From contig JAEEML010000164.1 of NCBI GenBank assembly GCA_016283195.1, positions 1 through 32,573 on the forward strand: DNA of 32,573 nucleotides, given 5' to 3'. This document shows positions 1 to 8,313 of this stretch, piece by piece. The notes beneath the pieces are model-generated. The model worked only from the letters and a program-made list of their open reading frames with translations. It was not told the origin of the DNA and made no database searches. The translations under genes were made by a program, and so were the position numbers. Positions within the stretch are counted from its first letter, which is position 1; every line of letters begins with the position of its first letter. This stretch comes from Deltaproteobacteria bacterium. Lineage in GTDB: Bacteria > JAEEML01.

Positions 1-1
1 A

Positions 2-586
2 GCCGAAGCCAAAGCTGAAGAAGCTAAGGCGGCTGAGGAGCCCAAAGCGCCCGAGATAAAAGAGGTGGTGATTGGCGGCAAAACCTGGATGGCGGCTAAC
101 CTTGCGGTTACAGTTGATAGAGATGGCAAAAAGGTCACCTGTTATGCCGATACCACCAAAGATGCCGATTTTGTGAAAAAATACGGCTGCTTATATAAAT
201 GGGACGAAGCTAAAAATATTTGTCCGGCCGGCTGGCATCTGCCCACTAAAGCCGACTTTGAAAGCCTTTTAAAAGCCAGCGGCAGTAATAATAACAAAAA
301 AATGCCCAACCCGGCTTTCCAGGCTTTGGTTGCCAAAGAGCCGATTTGGCAGAGCGAACACAGCGATAAAGCTACAAACAGCAGCGCCTTTGGGGCGCTC
401 CCGGCCGGCCACTGGAACGGCACTAACTATGACCTTTTGGGCAGTTTTGGCTATTTTATGTCGGCTACCGAGTATGAAGAGGAAGAGGCAGATTGCATCT
501 ATATTCTGAATCTTGGCGAAGGCTTTGCCAATGTAATTAACGATGACAGGGCTTACGCTTACTCGGTGCGCTGTATCAAAGATTAA
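2..586 (+). CDS. FISUMP (Fibrobacter succinogenes major paralogous) domain protein, 5'-truncated by window edge
   Basis: Frame is open from base 2 (AEAKAEEAKAAEEPKAPEIKEVVIGG...). Motifs IGGKTWMAANL, YGCLYKW, CPAGWHLPT, FGALPAG, YSVRCIKD match the family. Confidence 0.9.
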   Translation, partial: AEAKAEEAKAAEEPKAPEIKEVVIGGKTWMAANLAVTVDRDGKKVTCYADTTKDADFVKKYGCLYKWDEAKNICPAGWHLPTKADFESLLKASGSNNNKKMPNPAFQALVAKEPIWQSEHSDKATNSSAFGALPAGHWNGTNYDLLGSFGYFMSATEYEEEEADCIYILNLGEGFANVINDDRAYAYSVRCIKD

Positions 587-641
587 AAAGGCCATAAGCT
601 GTCAGCTGGGCAGCAGCGAGGCGATTAAGCCACCGCTCTCT

Positions 642-668
642 CTTTCTTTCTTTCTTTCTTTCTTTCTT
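642..668. repeat. (CTTT)6-CTT microsatellite inside a 33-nt pure pyrimidine tract (636-668)
   Basis: Read directly from the sequence. Confidence 0.95.
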
Positions 669-902
669 GGGAAAAACCTCTGCCTGCGAATTATGGGCTC
701 TGCCTTCTGAACCGCCTATGGCTTAGCCGGAGCTAGCCGCCCCGGCACCCTGCCTGAGCTCGGTAGTCAGTTGCTTTTTTATTGACATTTTGCGGAGCCC
801 CTCCCTGTATCGTGGAGGGGCGATTTTTAATGATTTCCACTACTTGAGGAGGAGAAGTCCGCTTGGCCGGAGCGTCTGCCCGCGAAGACAAGATTCCCCT
901 GC

Positions 903-987
903 TTTGTCGACTATACTCGACAATTTTGCCAATTTTTGTCGACTATACTCAACAAAATTAGCCGATTATTGCGGAGTATAGTCGATA
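903..987. repeat. Three phased TGTCGA-N6-TCGACA-type palindromes (starts at about 904, 936, 969)
   Basis: ttgtcga-ctatac-tcgacaa; ttgtcga-ctatac-tcaacaa; the third copy is inverted and degenerate (ttgcgga-gtatag-tcgata). Confidence 0.85.
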
Positions 988-1102
988 GCGATGGCTACCG
1001 TCGCTACCCCCTAAAGAAAGTCCTTCACATGGGAGTAATCTTGCACTATTATTGCGCCGTCTGGTTATGGGAATCGGACAATTGCCAATATGGAGTGAAA
1101 AA

Positions 1103-2119
1103 ATGGCTGTAAGTTACAAAGAATTAGGTCTTGTCAATACCCGTGAAATGTTTGCCGCTGCTATCAAAGGCGGTTTTGCTGTTCCCGCTTACAATTTTAA
1201 TAATATGGAGCAGCTCCAGGCTATCGTCATGGGCTGTGCCGAGTCTGATTCGCCTTTTATTTTGCAAGTTTCTTCCGGCGCTCGTAAATATGCCAATCAA
1301 ACCCTTTTGCGCTATATGGCGCAAGGTGCCGTCGAGATGATGAAAGAGGTTAATCCGCATTTAAGATTTGCTCTTCACCTCGACCACGGCGATACTTTCG
1401 AGCTTTGCAAATCCTGTATCGATAACGGCTTCTCTTCCGTGATGATCGACGGCTCCAAATATAATTTTGAAGAGAATGCCGCTCTCACCAAGAAAGTGGT
1501 GGAGTACGCCCACCAATTTGATGTTACCGTTGAAGGCGAGCTCGGTGTTTTGGCCGGTATCGAAGACGAAGTTTCTTCTGAAAAATCGCACTATACCCAG
1601 CCCGAAGAGGTGGAAGCTTTTGTGGCCAAAACCGGCGTTGATTCTCTGGCTATCTCCATCGGCACTTCCCACGGCGCCATGAAGTTCACCCCTGAGCAAT
1701 GCACCCGCAATGCCGACGGCGTTTTGGTGCCCCCGCCGCTGCGTTTTGATATTTTGGAAGAGATTGAAAAGCGTATTCCCGGTTTCCCGATTGTGCTTCA
1801 CGGCTCTTCTTCCGTGCTGCCCAAATATGTAAAGATTATCAACAGCAACGGCGGCGCTCTGAAAGATGCCGTGGGTATCCCCGAAGAGCAACTGCGTAAG
1901 GCTGCTAAATCGGCTGTTTGCAAAATCAACATTGATTCCGATGGGCGCTTAGTGATGACCGCTATCTGCCGCCAGATTTTTGCCGAAAAACCGGCCGAGT
2001 TTGACCCGCGTAAATACTTGGGCCCGGCCCGCGAAGAGCTCAAAAAGATGATTATTGCCAAGAATGAAAACGTTCTCGGCTCTGCCGGCAAAGGCAAACT
2101 GATTTGGGGCGATAAATAA
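1103..2119 (+). CDS. fba: Class II fructose-1,6-bisphosphate aldolase
   Basis: Motifs LHLDHG, SVMIDGS, VEGELG, GTSHG, VLHGSS, KINIDSD, FDPRKYL. ATG 1103 with GGAG RBS is preferred over TTG 1052. Confidence 0.97.
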   Translation: MAVSYKELGLVNTREMFAAAIKGGFAVPAYNFNNMEQLQAIVMGCAESDSPFILQVSSGARKYANQTLLRYMAQGAVEMMKEVNPHLRFALHLDHGDTFELCKSCIDNGFSSVMIDGSKYNFEENAALTKKVVEYAHQFDVTVEGELGVLAGIEDEVSSEKSHYTQPEEVEAFVAKTGVDSLAISIGTSHGAMKFTPEQCTRNADGVLVPPPLRFDILEEIEKRIPGFPIVLHGSSSVLPKYVKIINSNGGALKDAVGIPEEQLRKAAKSAVCKINIDSDGRLVMTAICRQIFAEKPAEFDPRKYLGPAREELKKMIIAKNENVLGSAGKGKLIWGDK

Positions 2120-2141
2120 CCTCTTACTCATAGGAACTATT

Positions 2142-2660
2142 ATGAATCGTGCATGCCGAACAGGTTTATTGGTAGCGGCGCTGCTTCCAGCTTGCGCTGT
2201 TTACCATTATGAAGACCACCTGCCCGGGGAAAACGTAGTTTTTAAGGATGCGGCTGGTAGGTCCTCAGAAGGTGGCGGAGCTGATAGTGCGATAGTGGTT
2301 GAGAATAACAATCCGAGTACTGCGCCTTCTGCAGTGGAAGCGCCGGCTGCTACCGAAACCGCCGACCCCAGCGACCCCAATGCGCCTCCGGCTTGGACCA
2401 AGAAAACCTCTTTTGACGCCATTGAGCGCAGCAAGCAGGTTTATTATGGTGTAGGGCGCTTTTATTATCAGGCTCCAACCAAAAAGGAGCTCGATAAAGC
2501 GCGGGCTCAGGCTGATGAACGGGCTATCTTGGAACTAACTAAGATTGTGCGTGCTTCCACCAATATAAAAGGCGACCTGGACGGTGTGGTAATCCAGGAA
2601 ACATGGCAGGACAATGCCCAGATGGCTATTTATAGTCTGGCCAAGTACACAGTTAAATAA
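2142..2660 (+). CDS. Lipoprotein, LPP20-like C-terminal domain
   Basis: Lipobox LLPAC, Ala/Pro/Ser linker, and YYGVG...ARAQADERAILEL motif. Confidence 0.6.
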   Translation: MNRACRTGLLVAALLPACAVYHYEDHLPGENVVFKDAAGRSSEGGGADSAIVVENNNPSTAPSAVEAPAATETADPSDPNAPPAWTKKTSFDAIERSKQVYYGVGRFYYQAPTKKELDKARAQADERAILELTKIVRASTNIKGDLDGVVIQETWQDNAQMAIYSLAKYTVK

Positions 2661-2763
2661 ATTTTACCGCATCTTTTGAACTTTCCTTCACGCGCTTTCT
2701 ATGCTAGGAAAAAGCAGGCTTTTATTAGCCCGGCTTTTCTTATAACTAAAGAGGGTTTTTGCT

Positions 2764-5259
2764 GTGCTTTGTTATCGCTGTGGTTCTCATGTTCCTGACG
2801 GAGCAGCTAAGTGTATGGTGTGCGGTCAGCCGCTATCAGGTAATCGCCGGCCGGCGGCAGCTAGTGAAGATAAAGCCAAAGGGCCCGGCCCTTTGAGTGA
2901 TGGAGAGCTCTTTGCCGATCGTTATTTGATTCATGAACTTATAGCTATCGGTACTATCGGCTGGCTCTATAAAGCTTAGGATCAGGACCTTGATTTAGAA
3001 GTAGCCGTTAAAATAATCTCACCCAAGCTCTTGCAAGCGCCGGAAGAACAGGAAACATTTCTTGATGCTGTGAAACGGGCGCGGAAAATACGCCATACGA
3101 ATATTATCCGCATTTATGATTCCGGCAATGAAAAGGGCAATTTTTATTATACAATGCCCTTTATTAACGGCCTTTCGCTCGATAAGGTGATTTCGCGGCG
3201 CCAGGAAAACGGCTCGACGTTTGCTCCCGGCGAGCTCTATAGCCTTTTTAGCCAGCTAGCAGCTGCTATTGATGCTCTTAAGCCATACGGGCCGCTTTGT
3301 TCGGTAAAACCGGCCGGTATTTTGGTCTCGGCCAATGCTTTGCGCCTTACCGGTGTGCCGGATTACCAGGGCTTGCCCCATTTCCCTTATGTGGCGATGC
3401 AGCAAAAGCATGGTCTTTTAGGGTATTTGGCTCCCAGCGTGCAAAAAGTCGGAGAACCGGTAAATAGCTGTGCCGATATTTATTCCATGGCCGTTATTTT
3501 GGGTGAAATGCTCACCGGTTTTCGGCCCAGTGATGAGCGGGCTTCTTTTGAAAAGAGCGCTACCTCTTTGGCTGCCCCGGTGCGAGAAGCCATTATCTCA
3601 GCTCTCTTATCGGAAGAGATGAGTGCCAGTGAATTTGTAAATAGAGCTTTTCCGGAAGAGGCCGCCAGAGAGCAGGCGGCGGCTATGGCCGCGATAGATG
3701 GGCCGACGGAAGTAGATATTTCGTCGGCTGCCGGTTTGGCGGCAGAAGCAACTGTTTTGCAACCTATAGAGCCGGAAGTTCAGGCGCCTGTGGCGCCGCC
3801 GGCTCCGGCTCCTGCTCCGGCTCCTGCTCCGGTGCCTGCGCTAGAGCCTGTGGCTGAACCTGCTCCTGCCCCAATGGTTGATGAAGGCTCTATGGGTGGA
3901 GAGGAGATGGAAATCAGTGCCGATGATTTTGAAGAGGAGTTGCCGCCGGCTATTCCTACCTCTGAAGCATTGATTCCCCCGGCTCCCCCGGCTTCGCCGG
4001 CTCCGCTGTTGCCACCGGCTATCCCGGTAGTTAGCGCGGCCGCGCTTACTAAATCCAGAGAGCTGCCTTTGCCGGAATTAACGGCCGGCGAGCCGCCTAA
4101 AAAATCCCGTGGTGTTATTTATGTTATCTTGGGCATATTGCTTTTGGGTGCTATTGCCTGCGGGGCTATTTGGGCTCTTTATTACCGCCCTGTTGAAAAA
4201 GTAGCTGAAAGTAACAAAGCTCTTGATGCGGCGAGTGATACAGCTATAAGCAGTGAGACTGTGGCCCAGACACCAGAGCCGGAGGCCAAAGCCGAAAATA
4301 ATCGCAATAATAGGCGGGAAGAGCGCCAGGCGCGTCAGGGGCGCGGGCAAAATCGCGGCAATAGTGCTTCCCAGGAGCGCGGCAACGAAAAGAGCGATAA
4401 AAACGAGCCGCCGGCCAAGGCTGCCAAAGAGGCGGATAAAGCTAAAGACAGCGGGGCGGCCGCTAAAAATTCGCCGGCTGATAACCAGCCGAAAGAAGAA
4501 CCTAAGAGCGCTTCTAATGTTGAAACCACACCGGTAAATAATCAACCGCAGTTAGCAGGCAAAGCCCAGGTAGCCAAAGAAGATGACGCCGGACAAAATA
4601 GTGAAGCTAAAAAAGTGGTCAGCAAGAATCTCGGTGGCGGGCTGGCCGATATTTTTGGCGCTGAGGGCGGCGCGGCCGGCGGTGAAAAAGCCGGTTCCTG
4701 CCCGGCCGATATGATCTATATTCCGGCCGGCTCATTTAAAATGGGTACAGCGACAAATGATAGTATGCGCGGCTTTGACGACAAGGACTTAACCACTAAA
4801 TATGTTAAGGAATTTTGTATAGATATATATGAATATCCCAATAAAGAAGGGGCCAAAGTCACCCAGAGCCTCTCTTATGGCCAGGCTTTAAAACATTGCC
4901 AGCAAAAGGGCAAACGTCTTTGCAAAGAAGAAGAATGGGAAAAGGCCTGTAAAGGGCCGAATAATTACCGCTTTCCCTATGGTAATCGCTATAATGCTAC
5001 GCAGTGCAACATGACAAAAGGTGCGGCCAATGCCGGCCAGTATTCCCGCTGTAAGAGCGGTTATGGGGTGATGGATATGGCCGGTAATGTGGCAGAGTGG
5101 ACATCCACCAAACTTGAGCCCGATTTGCCGGATCGCATCTATAAAGGCGGCGCTTATGGCCTTGCCGACTGGTCGGGGCGTTGTGCTTCCCGCTTTGCCG
5201 ATGATCCCAATTCTCACCAAGCTATTATGGGTGTGCGCTGCTGTAAAAATGCCCTTTAA
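2764..5259 (+). pseudogene. Double Zn-ribbon + degenerate Ser/Thr kinase + Pro-rich linker + TM + FGE-sulfatase (CLec-fold) protein, interrupted by in-frame TAG at 2977-2979
   Basis: ORFs 2764-2979 and 3031-5259 share a frame. Read-through gives GTIGWLYKA*DQDLDLEVAVKIIS (kinase subdomains I-II). Also CxxC/CxxC, TM VIYVILGILLLGAIACGAIWALYY, and FGE motifs CPADMIYIPAG, EWEKAC, MAGNVAEW, GVRCC. Confidence 0.8.
3802..3832 (+). repeat. 12-bp tandem repeat (gctccggctcct) x2.6 encoding an (AP)n linker
   Basis: Read directly from the sequence. Confidence 0.9.
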
Positions 5260-5286
5260 AAACCTAGCTCTTCTTTAGGAGGAAAA

Positions 5287-6627
5287 ATGAAATTTGCTCG
5301 CCTCCGCTTTTTAGCCTCTATAGTAATAATTTTTGCTTTTTCCGCTTGTGCCGGCCGGGCAGTGTCGCCGGAACTTTTAAAAAATGCCCGCGTAACGCTC
5401 GAGCAGGGAAATCACCACCAAGCTTATAATGAACTCAAAGAGTTGGTTGATAAATACAAACTCTCTTATGAACTGGTTTCCCTCCATGTGCAGGCCGGGC
5501 TTTTGGCCCAGGATTTAGAAGGGCTTAAAAAGCAATACGACGGCGACAGCGAATGGGATTTATATGGCCGGGGTATGTGGCAGGCGGCTATCGGTGATTA
5601 TATGAGCAGTATTTCCTCTTTTCAAAAGGCTTTGCTCATTAATCCCAAAGAGCCGGAGCTCTATTACCGCCTGGCCATTGCTTATCTGGAGTCCGGTAAA
5701 TACCAGGAAGCACTGGAGTATTTTGCCCTGGCCGAGCGTTATGGTGTAAATAGTCCCAAGCTGCCCATAAGGCGCGCTATGGCCTATGCCGGCTTGCAAA
5801 AATATGATGAAGCCATGGCCGAGCTGGTTAAAGGCCTTACGACAGAGCTTAGCCGCGAAGATTTGCAGAAATATATTGATTATTCCTTTAATATTGTTAA
5901 CAAGAGGCGGAATATTAACCAGCGTGAAATGGAAGCCATTTTGCCAATTCTCGGGCAGCTTACCACGCCGGATAGCGATATCGATAGTGTTTTGGTGCCC
6001 TTGCAAAATCTGATGCAACGCTTTCCCAATTCGGCGCTGCTCCATGCCGTTTTGGGACTCTATTATTTAAAAAGTCATGATGATGCCAAGGGTAACGAGG
6101 CCATAGACCGCGCTATTTCTTATGACCCGCAAGACCCATATCCGCCTTTAATTCTCGGTGAATATCTTTTAGAAGGGCAAAATCCCCAGGCCGCTATGCC
6201 CTATCTGAAAAAGGCCGAAGCGGCTAATCCTCTGGACATAAGAGCGGCCAAAAGTCTTCTTAATTGTGCGCGGAGCATAGGCGATCGCCAGACAGAACAA
6301 GAAATGCTCCTCCTTTTGTCGCGCCTTGACCCCTTGGAAATAGGCTATATTAAATCGCTGGCTACTTATGCTCAGGGTGAAGGTAAATTGGAACTTTCCG
6401 CTTCTTATTATCAAAAAGCCTTGCAACACGATAAACACGATTTGGCAGCTCTTTACGGACTGGCGGCCATCAGCTGGGAAAAAGCCAGAGTAGCTAAGAC
6501 AGCAGCCGAAAAGAAAGAGCATATTGCTTTAGCCCGTTCTTATTTAAAGCAGCTTTTAGCTGATGCTCCGGAGCATATCCAAGGCCTGCAATTACAAAAA
6601 GCTATAGATAATTATCAAGTAAATTAA
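5287..6627 (+). CDS. TPR-repeat lipoprotein
   Basis: AGGAGG RBS, lipobox AFSAC, and multiple TPR motifs (e.g. FQKALLINPKEPELYYRLAIAYLESGKYQEALEYF). Confidence 0.85.
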   Translation: MKFARLRFLASIVIIFAFSACAGRAVSPELLKNARVTLEQGNHHQAYNELKELVDKYKLSYELVSLHVQAGLLAQDLEGLKKQYDGDSEWDLYGRGMWQAAIGDYMSSISSFQKALLINPKEPELYYRLAIAYLESGKYQEALEYFALAERYGVNSPKLPIRRAMAYAGLQKYDEAMAELVKGLTTELSREDLQKYIDYSFNIVNKRRNINQREMEAILPILGQLTTPDSDIDSVLVPLQNLMQRFPNSALLHAVLGLYYLKSHDDAKGNEAIDRAISYDPQDPYPPLILGEYLLEGQNPQAAMPYLKKAEAANPLDIRAAKSLLNCARSIGDRQTEQEMLLLLSRLDPLEIGYIKSLATYAQGEGKLELSASYYQKALQHDKHDLAALYGLAAISWEKARVAKTAAEKKEHIALARSYLKQLLADAPEHIQGLQLQKAIDNYQVN

Positions 6628-6703
6628 GAGCCGTTTTTTTGACCGTTTTTTTTAGAGCGGTTAGAGTCCTCCCAACATGTGGCTTGTCATAAAGGAGGAC
6701 GCC

Positions 6704-7345
6704 ATGAGCAATGTAATGAGTGAAGCCCAAGAATTAATCGAGGCTCGGCTGGCTGAGTTGGAGCCTGGTAGCCCGCGCTATGAAGTTTTGCGTTCGGCCA
6801 GAGATTTTAAGGCCGCCTGGATTGATTTGGGTGAAAAGTTAACCATGGTGCTGGAACAAAAGCTCTATGATGATTGGGGCTATAGCACCTACGAAGAATA
6901 CTGCGAAGAAGAGCTCAGAATTCGTAAAGGCACAGCTTATAAACTTACCAGGAGCTATAGCTTCCTGCGCGATAATGAGCCGCAGATTTTAAGCCAAAAT
7001 ACTATTACCGCTACCGTGCCGCAATACGAAGTTGCCGACCTTTTGCGCCAGGCTCACGAGAGCGATAATATTGATGAAAATACTTATGAAGAGCTAAGGC
7101 AACAGGCTTTTCAGCCCGATACCACCAAAGCCTCCTTTTTGCGCCAGGTGCGCGAGGCCGACCCGGAGACTTTTAAGCCAGCCAAACCGCCGCGCCCCAA
7201 TCAGGAAGCCAGAAAAGCGCTTTCTATGGCCCGCCGCCTGATGGCCGTTATGGAAAGCATCGAAGATCTCAGCGGTTCGGCTATGGATGGCATTAAGGAT
7301 ATCATTGTGGAGCTGGAAGAGAAGCTCTCTGTTAAGAGCAAATAA
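6704..7345 (+). CDS. Hypothetical helical protein, probable DNA-binding (DUF3102-like motif)
   Basis: ATG 6704 follows AAGGAGG. Motif LYDDWGYSTYEEYCEEELRIRKGTAYKL. Confidence 0.6.
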   Translation: MSNVMSEAQELIEARLAELEPGSPRYEVLRSARDFKAAWIDLGEKLTMVLEQKLYDDWGYSTYEEYCEEELRIRKGTAYKLTRSYSFLRDNEPQILSQNTITATVPQYEVADLLRQAHESDNIDENTYEELRQQAFQPDTTKASFLRQVREADPETFKPAKPPRPNQEARKALSMARRLMAVMESIEDLSGSAMDGIKDIIVELEEKLSVKSK

Positions 7346-7369
7346 TTTTCTTTTAAAAACCGCTCATAC

Positions 7370-8299
7370 TTATCTGGAAAATATTCTGCTGAAAAAACTC
7401 ACTTTTTCTCCGTTAGCCTGGCGGATGGCCAGGCTCATCTCTCTGGTGCTTTTAAAGCGCTCGGCCGGGTTTTTGGCCATAGCTTTTAAAGCAACCTTCA
7501 TGAGGAGGGGGGAAATTTCTCTTTCTACCGCTGAGAGTTTGAGAGATTTTTCCAGGTGGGCAGCCATAAAACCGGCGGTATTTTCCGCCGTAAAAGGTGT
7601 GCGCCCCAAAAGCATTTCGCTAAAAAGCAGGCCCAGCTGATAAATATCGGTGCGCTCGGTAAGTTTTTGGCCCAAAATCTGCTCCGGTGCCAAAGCTATG
7701 GGGGTGCCGACAATTATGCCGTAAGCTGTGCGCGAACTCTCGGCATCAAGCTCTTTAATGGCGCCAAGGTCTAACAAAATCGGCTGGTCTTTAGCGGCCA
7801 GAATAACATTTTCCGCTTTGATATCGCGATGAATAAGGCGGGCTTTGTGCAAGGTGCCAACGGCGTCTAACAGAGTGAGCATGATAGAACTGGCTACCGG
7901 CGGAGCAAAAGATCCAATACTCGCCAGTTTTTCGGCCAGAGTGGGGCCTTCTATATAGGGCATTACATAATAAGGCTCCGGAGAATTGCCAACCGCGAGC
8001 ACCTCTATGAGTGCCGGATGATGCACCTCGGAAAGAGTTTTTATTTCCAGCCAAAAGCGGCTCAGACCTATTTCACTTTCAGCCCGCTCGCTCTTTAATA
8101 ATTTTACGGCCACTTTGGCGCCGCTTTCTTCGTCGGTAGCCAGATATACTTTGGACATACCGCCTTCGCCGATAAGGGCTCCAAGGCGAAAGCGGCCGCC
8201 TAAAAGCTCATTTTGCGGCGCGGTAAGCGTGGCTCCGCAATAGAGGCAGAAAGGCATATCATCTTCATTGTTTTGCCCGCATGCTTTGCAAGTAAGCAT
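7370..8299 (-). CDS. Zn-ribbon Ser/Thr protein kinase (intact catalytic motifs, soluble)
   Basis: CKAC/CLYC, GEGGMSKV, VAVK, HRDIKAEN, DLG, APE, DIYQLG. No TM segment. Confidence 0.92.
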   Translation of the reverse strand: MLTCKACGQNNEDDMPFCLYCGATLTAPQNELLGGRFRLGALIGEGGMSKVYLATDEESGAKVAVKLLKSERAESEIGLSRFWLEIKTLSEVHHPALIEVLAVGNSPEPYYVMPYIEGPTLAEKLASIGSFAPPVASSIMLTLLDAVGTLHKARLIHRDIKAENVILAAKDQPILLDLGAIKELDAESSRTAYGIIVGTPIALAPEQILGQKLTERTDIYQLGLLFSEMLLGRTPFTAENTAGFMAAHLEKSLKLSAVEREISPLLMKVALKAMAKNPAERFKSTREMSLAIRQANGEKVSFFSRIFSR

Positions 8300-8313
8300 C
8301 GAATATCCTTGTG

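Noticed and set aside
845-900. RNase P RNA-like GAGGAGAAGTCCG
   Set aside because: Does not match GAGGAAAGTCC exactly, and no complementary 3' P4 motif is found.
903-987. CRISPR array
   Set aside because: Only three units, intervening sequences are about 12 nt and similar to each other, the third unit is inverted, and no cas genes are present.
2977-2979. Genome-wide TAG reassignment
   Set aside because: TAG ends the genes at 8314, 12295, 15601, 17010, 21774 and 27730 at plausible C-termini.
4690-5259. Diversity-generating retroelement targeting the FGE/CLec domain (or the FISUMP gene)
   Set aside because: No reverse transcriptase and no template repeat with adenine-specific mismatches seen in the window.
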